Shown: positions 17,471-28,290 of the stretch, piece by piece
Layout: every line of letters begins with the position of its first letter
Position numbering within the stretch: the stretch's first letter is position 1
DNA from: a virus
Taxonomy: Duplodnaviria > Caudoviricetes
IMG/VR virus record: IMGVR_UViG_3300045996_000773
Coordinates: 1-54,595 of that record
Direction: 5' to 3' (one strand)
Length of the DNA: 54,595 nt
Notes under the pieces: generated by a model
The model's database searches: none
Told to the model about the DNA's origin: nothing
Seen by the model: the letters and a program-made list of their open reading frames with translations, nothing else
Made by a program: the position numbers and the translations under genes

Positions 17471-19815
17471 GGCCATCATTCATATATTACCTATTTTCTA
17501 AGAACAAAGCACCGCTTTACGTGGATGCAAACGGCCATGTCCTGGAAGGAGATCCTGGTAACTATTTCAAACCGGACGGCCAACCGGCAAGGCTTAAACA
17601 TTCACCTGATGGATGGAAAGATACGCTTGTAAAATATGCAAGGAACATAAAATATTGGGGCCTGTTCAGAGATTATTCAGTGCCCATGAACTTTGTAGGT
17701 GATGGCAGAAGGATCTTAAGAGATCAGTTTTATAAGTATGGCAGTGAAGCAGTGGTATACTTAGGCATTGCAAAACTTGACAGAAGTTCTGTGCCTTATA
17801 ATTATACTTCCTGGTACATAAGCGAACTTGACTTCTCTAAGTATGAAGAAACAAAGACAGGCATTAAGGTAATGGCTGTTGAAGGTGGCCTGACTAAGTT
17901 TATAAAGTCGTTTGAAAATACTGTTTATGAAATACCGATTGACACTGACCCGGAAAAAATATTCGTAAAAGACGACGGGGTTGTACTCACAGAAAAGTCA
18001 AACCACCAGGTAGTTGACGGTTTTGAGATCACTAAGTCAGATCATGGCACAGAATTTTTCATGCCTTTCATATTCATCAATAGGGAAGGTCGTTCTAGCG
18101 GTATTACATTCCAGGATCAGAATATGGAAGACATAAGCGGCGTAACGTATGCGGATAAATTGCTTTCTTCAAACTGGTGCGCTAAAGCAGCTGACACTAA
18201 CACGTCAACAATCATATTAAGAGTCAGGGGCCAATTAACTTTTGACTGTAATCAACAAGACGCGGCTTTAGGGTTTATAATGCGGTTTTTAAGAAGTAAT
18301 CTGGATATTGGAAGTCAGAACGATTACCGTTTTTTCAATGAGTCGCCTTTGGTAGCGGGCGAGACTTATAATGTACCCGTCAGCATCGATATTCCACTAC
18401 AACCCGGCGAAAGGTTATACCTAGAAGGTATTTTCGGTTCAACCGGATCTGATATTAAAATCGTATTTGACCAGAGAAGTATATTATCCTTTGAATATGA
18501 AGGTAGGTACGGAACTACATACATAGCGGGCCTATACCCTTACCGGGTTTTGGAAGTACTGTTGAATAAAATGACAAACGGCCAGCACACTGTTGCACCT
18601 GGCTGGCTACAAAATAAAAAAGATATTGTACTCACAAGCGGCTTCGGCATAAGGAATTTACCGAATAAAGTTATAAAGACCTCGCTTGCCGATTTCTTTA
18701 AAGCGATGGGTATTTTCTCAGTGGGCTTAACTGTAAAAGATGAGAAGTTGGTAATTGACCAACTGGCTACTTTTTTTACTTCTGATGAAATAGTGGATTT
18801 AGGCGAAGTGGACGACATTCAAATCACGCCAGCTGATGACATTTCCTTCAACACAATTAAGACAGGATACAAGCAGCAGGAGTATAACGATGTGAACGGT
18901 AAATATGAGTTTAACCAGGGCCAGCAGAAAACCACACCGAAGCTAAGGAATGTAAAAGAGCTAGATCTTATTTCTCCTTACAGAGCGGATCCGATAGGCA
19001 TAGAACTACTCAGGCTCAATTACGATAGCCTGAACACCACAGATGCGAAAGATGATAACGACGTGTTCATGTTAAACGTGGAAACGGTCGTGCAAGTCTT
19101 AGTCCAAACGGTAGATTTCGTTTCAGCTGGAAACTTCTTAACGAATCCCGGTAATTATCCATTCACTGCGGGAAACCTTATAAAGATTACAGGCACAGTA
19201 AATAACAACGGCATATACCCGGTAGTAGCTGTAGGTACTAACATTGTGCAGATTGATCCGGCGGTCCCGATCATCGATGAAACAGGCGTAACAGCTACGA
19301 TAACGTTCTTACAAGGTGGAGTAGTCGCGTTAAACAGACCAACTTTTTCGAATTTGTCAGGCATACCGGAAACAATGGAAGATAGTATTTACAACGTACT
19401 GCTTTCCCCAACAACTAATCTGCTTAACAACGGCGGGCTGATACATTCCATTCTGGACCTGATGGACAGTGATGTAATAAAATTCCAAAGTGCTGATCAG
19501 AACGCGGATCTCAGTTATACATTTTTAGGTAACACAGTTACTGAAAAAGCGGATATACAAATAGGAGGTCTGACAGCTAAACATTTTAAACCTTATTACA
19601 TTGACTTAAGAACGATAGTGCCGATAAATGTAATAGAGTTGATAAATAAAACTCCGTTTGGTAAAGTGAAGTTTCAATCAGGCGGAAAAGATTACTATTT
19701 TTTCCTATGGGATGGCGGTATTGCACCGGCGAAAGCAGGAAAGGATAATGACGCGCAGCAGTGGAAGGGGTTAAGCGCGCCTGAAAGCGATTTGAGTAAA
19801 ATTTATAATTATTAA
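17467..19815 (+). CDS. Tail tip / baseplate hub protein
   Basis: 782 aa, beta-rich, directly after the tape measure; TTG start overlapping its stop. Confidence 0.65.
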   Translation: MRPSFIYYLFSKNKAPLYVDANGHVLEGDPGNYFKPDGQPARLKHSPDGWKDTLVKYARNIKYWGLFRDYSVPMNFVGDGRRILRDQFYKYGSEAVVYLGIAKLDRSSVPYNYTSWYISELDFSKYEETKTGIKVMAVEGGLTKFIKSFENTVYEIPIDTDPEKIFVKDDGVVLTEKSNHQVVDGFEITKSDHGTEFFMPFIFINREGRSSGITFQDQNMEDISGVTYADKLLSSNWCAKAADTNTSTIILRVRGQLTFDCNQQDAALGFIMRFLRSNLDIGSQNDYRFFNESPLVAGETYNVPVSIDIPLQPGERLYLEGIFGSTGSDIKIVFDQRSILSFEYEGRYGTTYIAGLYPYRVLEVLLNKMTNGQHTVAPGWLQNKKDIVLTSGFGIRNLPNKVIKTSLADFFKAMGIFSVGLTVKDEKLVIDQLATFFTSDEIVDLGEVDDIQITPADDISFNTIKTGYKQQEYNDVNGKYEFNQGQQKTTPKLRNVKELDLISPYRADPIGIELLRLNYDSLNTTDAKDDNDVFMLNVETVVQVLVQTVDFVSAGNFLTNPGNYPFTAGNLIKITGTVNNNGIYPVVAVGTNIVQIDPAVPIIDETGVTATITFLQGGVVALNRPTFSNLSGIPETMEDSIYNVLLSPTTNLLNNGGLIHSILDLMDSDVIKFQSADQNADLSYTFLGNTVTEKADIQIGGLTAKHFKPYYIDLRTIVPINVIELINKTPFGKVKFQSGGKDYYFFLWDGGIAPAKAGKDNDAQQWKGLSAPESDLSKIYNY

Positions 19816-19818
19816 TAG

Positions 19819-20736
19819 ATGGCTAATCACTTCAACATACCGTTAATATGGCCTTTTAAGATGGTGCCGAGTACTCAAACACCAGGAATCCATTTTCACG
19901 ATGATTGGGCCTGCAGGCAGGTCCGGTCCTGGGAAATGAAGCGCTACTATCAACAGAAATGGGAGAAAGCAGATACCACCCCTCTACAGATCGAGTCGAG
20001 TATCATGCCCGATAACTTGAAAGTATTAAACCAGTACGGTGCTGTAGTGAAACAGTTTACCTGGACCGCTGTAGTAACTGAACTGAGCTATAAGATTTAC
20101 GAAACAACTTTTGATATTAGCGATCTTGCTGATGGAGTTTATTACTTGTATCAGCGAGTGACATTCGGCTCTATCGATTGGGCCTATATCAGCGAGCCGA
20201 TCAGTTCCAAAGTGGAATGGGAAAGGACTTTAGGGTTTACATATAAAAACTCGTTTAACGAAGCGGGGGTTGCCTGGACTGCTACAGGCATTGAAATGAA
20301 ATTTCGCTGCGAAGCAGATATCCAGGACGTAGATTTTTTAAGAGACAGATCTGCGTACATAAATCAGGTAAGGAATCTAACAAACCTTTCGGGCGTTCCT
20401 TACAACGCCTTTACATTAGTGATAGGCGATGCACCAGGTGTTGCTCCTTACATAGTTGATATTTTGAACCGTATATTTTCAACGTGTGACAGTATTGATA
20501 TCGAAGGATTAAAGTATCAAAGTAATGAAGGTAGTAAGTGGGAAATTAACCGGGTGAAAGGCTATCCTTTAATTGGCGCAGAAATAGAAATAGCGCCAGC
20601 AGTGAATAAAAGTTCTCAGCAATCTGCGGATACCACGCCACTTTCATCGGGCATTGTCATGGCTTATAATATTGAAACAGCATTTTTCGGCCCAGGTTCG
20701 CTTGTGCCTGTAACTGATATAGAAGAACAGTCTTAA
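19819..20736 (+). CDS. Minor tail protein
   Basis: 305 aa; synteny. Confidence 0.55.
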   Translation: MANHFNIPLIWPFKMVPSTQTPGIHFHDDWACRQVRSWEMKRYYQQKWEKADTTPLQIESSIMPDNLKVLNQYGAVVKQFTWTAVVTELSYKIYETTFDISDLADGVYYLYQRVTFGSIDWAYISEPISSKVEWERTLGFTYKNSFNEAGVAWTATGIEMKFRCEADIQDVDFLRDRSAYINQVRNLTNLSGVPYNAFTLVIGDAPGVAPYIVDILNRIFSTCDSIDIEGLKYQSNEGSKWEINRVKGYPLIGAEIEIAPAVNKSSQQSADTTPLSSGIVMAYNIETAFFGPGSLVPVTDIEEQS

Positions 20737-20740
20737 AATT

Positions 20741-21892
20741 ATGGTACTAAAATATCACATATCACCCTCAGCCCTAACCGAAGATTTTATTGTAAGAATA
20801 TGGGAAGCCGCCAGCGATGGCGTCGGCGCACACATCTATGAGCAAACAATACCTGCGCCACACGCAGCGCCTGTAACCATTACGGTAAATGGCCTCGATA
20901 GAGTTGTGCATATTGTAAGAATGTATGGCGCTACTTCAGCAGTGCTTTTGCACGAATATAATGTAGAGCCTACTACGGAAGATATAGTTTCTGTGTTTGA
21001 TCCGATAAGGTTTAAAATAGGTGACGGTGGACCAAATACGCCTGCAGCAAATAGCAGTGTCTGTACAACTCCTGAACTTGCAGGTTTACTTGAAACAGAT
21101 TTTTTGATCTTCAGGGCGAACTATGGTCCGCTCTTCCCGACAACGCATTTCACTTTTAATACTGGCGACGGCAGTTGGGAATTAAATTCGCCTGATATCT
21201 TTAACGGCGAGGGCGGCGGTGAAGAGTTTACAATCGTAAGGCTACCTAAAGCAGTAACAGGCATTGTAAATGATAGCGTGGTCGGTAAATGGTTCGCAGG
21301 GTTTGTGGACGTTAGTTCAAATACAGCGTATGCGAGTACTCACCTTAGAAAATTAATTCGCTTCAGCGGTTCACCTGAATATACTTTTTCAGGAAGTATA
21401 CCAATCGGGTATGTATTTTGTTTTCAACATTTCGGCAGTACAGGAACCGCTAAGATCAATTTCAATAACGGTACTTTGCTTTACGCTGGTACCCCAAAAG
21501 CAAGTATTGATATTCCGCGTTACACCGAAGCCGCTTTCGTTTGGGACGGAACTAACTGGAATGTCGTGTACATGACAGACAGCGATTGGGTGAACGGCAG
21601 TTCAACTCCTACACCTGGAACAGTATTAGGTCTTGGCAGGTTTCTGTGTGGCGATGTACCAGCGGGCGATCCACTGTACACTATTGCGCATAACCTGAAT
21701 ATCAGTGGTGACTATATGATCATCCCGACAATAGAATCGAATAATCCGGCGAATTATGCAAAGAATAACAAGATGGGAGTCGCCTGGCATCACCATGCGA
21801 CGGATAAGCCCAATAAAGTGTACGTATCGCTGCAGGAGATAAGCGCGGAAGCGCAGGATTTGTATATTGCCTGGGTTATCATAAAAAGATAG
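20741..21892 (+). CDS. Minor tail / receptor-binding adaptor candidate
   Basis: 383 aa, beta-rich, FVWDGTNW motif seen in fibre-associated domains; no signal peptide. Confidence 0.55.
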   Translation: MVLKYHISPSALTEDFIVRIWEAASDGVGAHIYEQTIPAPHAAPVTITVNGLDRVVHIVRMYGATSAVLLHEYNVEPTTEDIVSVFDPIRFKIGDGGPNTPAANSSVCTTPELAGLLETDFLIFRANYGPLFPTTHFTFNTGDGSWELNSPDIFNGEGGGEEFTIVRLPKAVTGIVNDSVVGKWFAGFVDVSSNTAYASTHLRKLIRFSGSPEYTFSGSIPIGYVFCFQHFGSTGTAKINFNNGTLLYAGTPKASIDIPRYTEAAFVWDGTNWNVVYMTDSDWVNGSSTPTPGTVLGLGRFLCGDVPAGDPLYTIAHNLNISGDYMIIPTIESNNPANYAKNNKMGVAWHHHATDKPNKVYVSLQEISAEAQDLYIAWVIIKR

Positions 21893-21893
21893 T

Positions 21894-21941
21894 AATTATT
21901 TTAACGTTTTTATAATTAATTCAACTATTTAATTAAATTTG
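21894..21941 (+). promoter_or_regulatory. Promoter for the exported-protein module (-7 TAAATTTG), probably leaderless
   Basis: TAAATTTG at 21934-21941, 4 bp before ATG 21946; AATTATTTTAA box at 21894. Confidence 0.6.
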
Positions 21942-21945
21942 CGAA

Positions 21946-24900
21946 ATGAAGAGAATCCTAATCCTATTAATACTTATAATCCCTACCCTATGTTTCTCTC
22001 AGGTTGTAACGCCCGACAGCAAATATGCAACAGGACATGTAAGAAGTATAAAGGACAGCGTTGATAGAATACCTATAGGATTAACAGGTAGTAACGACGG
22101 CAAGAGAATATCTATAACAGGCCAGGATACCGCGCAGATCCGTTACAACAAAGCGGATAGCTCTATTTATGTACATACAGGTACGCAGTTTATTAAAGTT
22201 GGTGGCGGCGGTGGCGGTGCCTGGGGTACGATCACTGGCACTTTATCAGATCAAACCGACTTACAAGCCGCGCTTGATCTTAAATTAAATATTTCCGATT
22301 CTGCCGCTATGCTCGCCAGTTACATTCACAGTTCAGGTTGGGGGCTAATAGAAGCAGGACAAGGATTGAAGGTTGATACTTCTTTAGTTGGTACTCGTAC
22401 TTATATTGAAGCACTCGTCGAAGCTAATAATAATACCCCTACACTTCAGCAAGTATTAGACGCAGGAAGTATATTAACATCAGATGAGACAATAAATGCC
22501 CAGGGTAATATGTTAGCTTTTACTGGCACAGATGATGTAATGTCTATTGCTAATACGGGAGCAGCAGCGCAGCCGCCATTATTTTTGAGCCGGTCAACAT
22601 CTGCAACAAGTTCACCAACATTAGTATCAAGATGGGACACATATACAACTGGTACAGCAGCAGCAGGATTTGGCGGTCAGCTTGGATTAGCGGTTGAAAA
22701 TGCTGCTGGCAATCTTATAACGACAAATCAAATTGATTGGAAGTATTCAACAGCAACGGGCGGTAATGAAACTACCTTAATAGATATTAAGGGAATGGAT
22801 AATGGCTCGTATGAATCATTAATGGAGATACAGAAAAATGGGATTATAAGAGTAAATAATTATTTAGATACTCTTGGAACAATGTCTTGGGTTCGCGCAA
22901 ACTTTAGCACAGGTGGAGGCGGTACTCAAAATCTTTCCTGGGATGCTACAAATCACGAAGTAGATATTTCTGGCGGTGGTACAAGTGCGATCATTCCCTT
23001 TGCTGATTTAACTACTGATGGACTTCTTACTGATGGGTTTCAAGAAATTGCTGGAAACAAATTTTTTAGTCATGCTGGTAGTTTTACTCATAATTCATCA
23101 AGTACAACGGGAGCGAAAATACCACTTGATTTAGTTGGTAATACTACTGGGACACCAGAGGCTGGAATAGGAACAGGATGGAGAACTACAATAGAAAGTT
23201 TAGGAGGTAATCAAATCGGAGCAACATTTGAAGCTATAATGACCGATGTTACAGATAATAGCGAAGATGTTGATTTTGTAATTAAGCTAATGGCCGGAGG
23301 TTCAGCAGCGGCAGAAAGATTCAGGTTTATAAGTACAGGACAATTAAAACTTCCTTTATACACAACTACAACTTCATTTACTGTTACGCCAGTGGGAATG
23401 TTAGTTTTTGATGCAAATGGAAATATAGGAACTCAGGCTATTAGTGGAGGTAGTTATACAAATGAAGAAGCACAAGATGCAGTAGGTACGATACTCAATA
23501 CAAATACTTTCAACTACGATGATGCCACCCCCGCTATCACCTTAAAAACTCAAATGAGTATTACCAGTGATGCGAGTGGAATAAAACTTTCCGGTGATGC
23601 GGCTTCGCCGGGCAACACTAAATATTACGGAACCAACTCAGTTGGCACAAAAGGATTTTATGATTTAGCTGGTGTCTCATGGAGCGGTATAATGCAAGGT
23701 ACAGCGGTTTATAACACTTCACAGACATTAGCCACAGGAGTGGGTTATGATTTCGATGGAGCATCCCCAGCCACGTTTACACTTCCTTCCCTATCTACCA
23801 ACTTCAATAGATTGTATTTTATTAAAAACAGGGGAAGCGCAACGCTTACAGTCGCAAGGGATGGAACGGATAATATCTATACAACTTCGTCAGTGACTTC
23901 ATTTACACTTGCGCCTGGTGAACACGCAATAGTGAGGGCGCAAGGTTCTGCAATTTGGAGTGCGCATCAGGTAATCGGTGAAGTTGACGGAAGTACAAGC
24001 AACGAACTACAGACTATAAACAATACCAGTGATGCAACCAGTCATACAGTTACGCTTTCAAATTCAGGTGGCACTATTCAGTTTATCGAAGGAACAAATA
24101 TTACCCTGACAACAGGTGGTACGGGTGCAGCGGGAACGCTGACCATTGCTTCAACTGGTAGCGGCTTTACAAATCTTACTCAATTCGTATCGCAAACAGC
24201 ACATAGATTATTTTATTCAGATGCAAGTGGTGATGTGCAGGAACTTGCTTTTGGAACAAGCGGTCAATACTTGAAAGCAAACGGTCTTACAACTGCGCCT
24301 TCATGGGACACGCCCGCAGGAAGTGGAACAGTAAATGCAGGAGCAGCTTTAAAGGCGGCTTATTATCCTTCTGCCGCTGCGCTTGTTGATGATTGGATAG
24401 GAGTTGAATTTGGGAATACAAACTTGAACACTAAAATAATTGCGCAGGCCACAACCGAAGTTGGTTTACAAATATCTTTAGCTGATTTGGCAACAGCTAA
24501 TGCTTTTGAAATTAAAAATAGTGGTGGTACTAATTTAATGAAGATTACAGCAGACGGTGAACAAATAGCTTCTACGCTATCAGACCAGGGGGATTACGAT
24601 ATGCAGTTAAATAAGGGAATGTATGTTGCGAATGTAAGCGCCACTGAATATGGTCTAATAGTTAGCTCAAGTACTGGGACAGCCGATGTTTTCGGAATAG
24701 GTAACGGTAGCGGTAATTGGGTAATAGGCACTGTTGCTGGTTCAAAAGGGGTAAGCATGAATAGCGGAGCGGGTTACAATTTTAATTTTTCTAGTCAAGC
24801 AAGACACGCTTTTACCGCAGCAGGAGCGTTGATAACTGGCAATTCCATTGGATTCTTTAATCCAGACAGAACATTGCATGTATATGACCAGACCGGAACA

Positions 24901-27384
24901 ACTAATGCAGTGGTATATGAGGCAAGATTTGAACACAGTGTTTTTGGTACACAAGCAATCGGTTCTGGTGTAGGTATTGAATTTAAGAATACCGGAATCA
25001 TAGCAAGTACATTAGAATCAGTAGCCACAGATATAACAGGAGCAAGCGAAGATGCAGATATTGTTTTTAAAACATTAAGAGCGGGAACATTAACAGAAGC
25101 AGGAAGGTTTATTTCAACTGGCAGTTTAAAACTTGATGCGCTTGCTAATGATAACGCAGAAACAAATCTGGTTGTGTGGAATGCTACTGATAAGGTATTT
25201 GAGTATAGAACGGTGGCATCACTTCCAGGCGGTGGTGGAGGTTCTCCCGGTAGTCCGGTAAATAGCATTCAGTACAACAGCGCAGGAGCATTTGCAGGTA
25301 GCGCAAATCTAACTTATGACGCTTCGCTGGTTACTGCATTGTCAGCAGGACTTGGCGTAACACAAGACGATGCAAAAGGTATTGTTTTAATAAACACTAC
25401 TGCTGCCGCCGCAGGAGCGCAACAAATTTCACCAGCTATTAGATGGTCTGGACAAGGTTGGAAAACAACAGCAACAGCAGCAAGCCAGGAAGTAGAGTTT
25501 CGGGCTTATGTATTACCTACTGAATCGACAACAGCCCCGGTAGCAAGTTGGGTATTGGAGGCAGCGATTAATGGCGGCGGTTATGGTTTAAATTATAGGT
25601 TCACTTCAAACAATAGCATTATAATTGGTTCGGGAGTAATTACTGATCTACGCAATACTACCAACTCAATTGTGATGGCTGGAAGCGAAATAAGGGCAGG
25701 GGCTATTAATGCAGTAGTGTTCACGACAAACGGAATTGATAGCAGTAGCAACACATTTATGGCCGGTGGTCAAAACAGTGTTATCCAAGATGGTGCTGGC
25801 GGCGCAGTTTCATTATGTACTGATTGTTTAACTTATTCAAGTGCCTTATATTCTGTTTTATTAGGCGATGCCAACAAGACAAGAAGCGAAGCAAGTTTAA
25901 CAGCGGGATTTGGAAATTTGAATGCAGTAAGAAATGGTATTGCATTAGGAAACACCATTACATTAGGACAACTTGGCGGCAGCGAAATTTCATCAGCTAA
26001 TAAGTTTGATGATTCGTGGGCTATTGGTAGTAACATTCAGACAGAAGGACATAGAAACGGTACGCTTGGATATAGGATAACAAATACAGGAAAGGAAAGT
26101 ATCGTTATTGGTTCTGGGTATGGCGGTTCTAATTTAAACTTTGGATGGAGTAATGCAATCGGCTTTGGTACTCTTTCGGATAGCGCAACCCTTATCATTA
26201 AACCAGCAGCAGGAGCAACTGGAACTTATGGTGAGACAATGATTCGTGGAGCATTAAGACTTCCGAACAATGTTTATAATTCAGGTGAGCCAATGGTTGC
26301 CTTAGTTGTAGATACTTTGACAGGATTAGTTTACCGTAAGACGCAAACTGGTAGTGGTGGTGCAACCCTTCTTAATCTTATTGACGATGCAAATGCAGCA
26401 GGAACAGTAGCAGCAGGAAACTTTGACCAAACTTGGACATGGAATACTTTAGGCGGTAAGACTGGCTTTGCTCTTTCAGCTAATACAACAGCAGCAGCTT
26501 CTAATGCTCAAATATTGTTTTCGGTTGCTTTATCTGGCGCAAACTCTACATCGAACCAGATAACACAAGCTGTAAATATAAGCAATGTGCATACTGGTAC
26601 TGGCTCGGAAAATTATGGATTATCTCTTAGTGCAAGTGGTGGGGCTACAAGAAACATTGCCTTATTTATTGATGCCGGTGAATTGATGCTTCCTGAAATG
26701 ACTGCGCCTGGAACGCCTCCAACAGGATATGGAACATTATATGAAAAGACAGACGGTTTACTGTACTTTAAAAATGATGCTGGAACAGAGTTCGATTTAA
26801 CAGCAATAGGTGGGGGCAGTGGTATCACAATCGGGACAACTACAATAACAAGTGGAACAAATACAAGAGTGTTATTTAATAACTCAGGGGTTGTAGGTGA
26901 ATATGTAATCAGTGGTACAGGTAACGTAGCAATGACCACTAATGCTGTGTTCACAACTCCAAACTTAGGTACACCTTCAGCAGTTGATTTAACCAATGCT
27001 ACATCTATTCCAGCAGCACAGCTTACGGGTTCAGTAGCAACAGCAAGGCTTACCAATATTTCACAGACAAAGGGAATAAAGTTTGTTTCCCCGACAGCTT
27101 CGGAAAGTCAGTCATTGGCATTTAACGTATCAGCCATGACTGTCACGGCCGCAAGAGTTGTTGTAGTTGGTTCTTCGCCTTCGGTTACTTATACTGTTCA
27201 TTATGGCACTACATACGGAACGCCGGTAGGTACAGTCATAGCATCAAACACGGTTACCACAACAGGGACGCCAACATTAAACGTGACAGATATTCCAGCC
27301 AATAGTTATATGTGGGTAACAACAAGCGCAACAAGTGGAACGGTAAATGATTTTTCAATCTTTATAATAATGAACCAGCAATGA
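21946..27384 (+). CDS. Large modular fibre/adhesin-like protein with N-terminal Sec signal peptide
   Basis: 1812 aa, Gly/Thr/Ser/Ala-rich. Starts MKRILILLILIIPTLCFS|Q. Fibre-type modules WGTITGTLSDQTDLQAAL, TLQQVLDAG, IQYNSAGAFAGS, TPNLGTPS. Confidence 0.8.
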   Translation: MKRILILLILIIPTLCFSQVVTPDSKYATGHVRSIKDSVDRIPIGLTGSNDGKRISITGQDTAQIRYNKADSSIYVHTGTQFIKVGGGGGGAWGTITGTLSDQTDLQAALDLKLNISDSAAMLASYIHSSGWGLIEAGQGLKVDTSLVGTRTYIEALVEANNNTPTLQQVLDAGSILTSDETINAQGNMLAFTGTDDVMSIANTGAAAQPPLFLSRSTSATSSPTLVSRWDTYTTGTAAAGFGGQLGLAVENAAGNLITTNQIDWKYSTATGGNETTLIDIKGMDNGSYESLMEIQKNGIIRVNNYLDTLGTMSWVRANFSTGGGGTQNLSWDATNHEVDISGGGTSAIIPFADLTTDGLLTDGFQEIAGNKFFSHAGSFTHNSSSTTGAKIPLDLVGNTTGTPEAGIGTGWRTTIESLGGNQIGATFEAIMTDVTDNSEDVDFVIKLMAGGSAAAERFRFISTGQLKLPLYTTTTSFTVTPVGMLVFDANGNIGTQAISGGSYTNEEAQDAVGTILNTNTFNYDDATPAITLKTQMSITSDASGIKLSGDAASPGNTKYYGTNSVGTKGFYDLAGVSWSGIMQGTAVYNTSQTLATGVGYDFDGASPATFTLPSLSTNFNRLYFIKNRGSATLTVARDGTDNIYTTSSVTSFTLAPGEHAIVRAQGSAIWSAHQVIGEVDGSTSNELQTINNTSDATSHTVTLSNSGGTIQFIEGTNITLTTGGTGAAGTLTIASTGSGFTNLTQFVSQTAHRLFYSDASGDVQELAFGTSGQYLKANGLTTAPSWDTPAGSGTVNAGAALKAAYYPSAAALVDDWIGVEFGNTNLNTKIIAQATTEVGLQISLADLATANAFEIKNSGGTNLMKITADGEQIASTLSDQGDYDMQLNKGMYVANVSATEYGLIVSSSTGTADVFGIGNGSGNWVIGTVAGSKGVSMNSGAGYNFNFSSQARHAFTAAGALITGNSIGFFNPDRTLHVYDQTGTTNAVVYEARFEHSVFGTQAIGSGVGIEFKNTGIIASTLESVATDITGASEDADIVFKTLRAGTLTEAGRFISTGSLKLDALANDNAETNLVVWNATDKVFEYRTVASLPGGGGGSPGSPVNSIQYNSAGAFAGSANLTYDASLVTALSAGLGVTQDDAKGIVLINTTAAAAGAQQISPAIRWSGQGWKTTATAASQEVEFRAYVLPTESTTAPVASWVLEAAINGGGYGLNYRFTSNNSIIIGSGVITDLRNTTNSIVMAGSEIRAGAINAVVFTTNGIDSSSNTFMAGGQNSVIQDGAGGAVSLCTDCLTYSSALYSVLLGDANKTRSEASLTAGFGNLNAVRNGIALGNTITLGQLGGSEISSANKFDDSWAIGSNIQTEGHRNGTLGYRITNTGKESIVIGSGYGGSNLNFGWSNAIGFGTLSDSATLIIKPAAGATGTYGETMIRGALRLPNNVYNSGEPMVALVVDTLTGLVYRKTQTGSGGATLLNLIDDANAAGTVAAGNFDQTWTWNTLGGKTGFALSANTTAAASNAQILFSVALSGANSTSNQITQAVNISNVHTGTGSENYGLSLSASGGATRNIALFIDAGELMLPEMTAPGTPPTGYGTLYEKTDGLLYFKNDAGTEFDLTAIGGGSGITIGTTTITSGTNTRVLFNNSGVVGEYVISGTGNVAMTTNAVFTTPNLGTPSAVDLTNATSIPAAQLTGSVATARLTNISQTKGIKFVSPTASESQSLAFNVSAMTVTAARVVVVGSSPSVTYTVHYGTTYGTPVGTVIASNTVTTTGTPTLNVTDIPANSYMWVTTSATSGTVNDFSIFIIMNQQ

Positions 27385-27950
27385 TAAAGATACTTATTGC
27401 CATATTATCTTTTGTTTCTGTAATGCCGTTTGCAAATACAGGTAACGTGTTTGCTGTAACAGGCGAGAATGTTGACAGAGCAGGATTAACAGCGTGGTTT
27501 CCTTTTGTTGACCTCGACGCAGATGATGCGAATGATTGCGTTTGTAATGGTGCTGGCAGCGATTATTTGGTTGCAAGAAATTTTGGATTCAGTTTACCAG
27601 CTGGCGCAACTATTAATGGAGTTCTTGTTAGAGTAGAAGCAAGTGAACACAGCGGTGGGACAGAGCCTTTATTAGCACAATTACAAGATGAAACCGCAGC
27701 TTTAGTTGGTTCATCAAAATCAACATCAAACGAAGGTAGTATAAGCGGAACTACTAAAGCCGTTTATACATACGGTAGCACAAGTGATTTATGGGGAGCT
27801 TCATTAACAGAAGCTATTGTGGAAGATGCTGATTTTGGCGTTAGGCTTTGGTTTGCAACATCACATCAGGTTAATATTGATTATGTAACAATGGCTATTG
27901 AATATACAACGCCGGGAGGACGCAGAGTAACATTAATTTCTAAAAAATGA
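27381..27950 (+). CDS. Secreted beta-rich protein
   Basis: N-terminus MIKILIAILSFVSVMPFA; FGFSLPAGATINGVLV and YGSTSDLWG segments. Confidence 0.7.
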   Translation: MIKILIAILSFVSVMPFANTGNVFAVTGENVDRAGLTAWFPFVDLDADDANDCVCNGAGSDYLVARNFGFSLPAGATINGVLVRVEASEHSGGTEPLLAQLQDETAALVGSSKSTSNEGSISGTTKAVYTYGSTSDLWGASLTEAIVEDADFGVRLWFATSHQVNIDYVTMAIEYTTPGGRRVTLISKK

Positions 27951-28276
27951 AAAAACTATTTACAGCCTTAATGTTTGTAGCGGTTGCCGGTTGTGGGCAA
28001 AGAAACAGTGTGATTGATCTTAGGGGGTCAACTGGCGTTAGCTACTTTAACATTGATATTTCTGACAGCGTTAGACCTTTAATTAGGATCACCGCAACTG
28101 ATACAATCATTAATGATACGTTAGGATCTATCAGGTATTTGATCAAAGAAAACCAAAGGCTATACGACGCTAATGAGAAATTAAATGAGAAGTTGTTAAA
28201 AGCTGATAAAATGATGGGCCGGATTGACGGACTACTTCTGTATTTACCCAAACGAGAACAACATTTTAAACTATAA
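27947..28276 (+). CDS. Putative lipoprotein with C-terminal coiled coil
   Basis: MKKLFTALMFVAVAG|C lipobox. Confidence 0.7.
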   Translation: MKKLFTALMFVAVAGCGQRNSVIDLRGSTGVSYFNIDISDSVRPLIRITATDTIINDTLGSIRYLIKENQRLYDANEKLNEKLLKADKMMGRIDGLLLYLPKREQHFKL

Positions 28277-28290
28277 TCTATCTATACCCT

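Noticed and set aside
21946-27950. Diversity-generating retroelement acting on the fibre
   Set aside because: No reverse transcriptase ORF, and no template/variable repeat pair with adenine-specific mismatches was seen.
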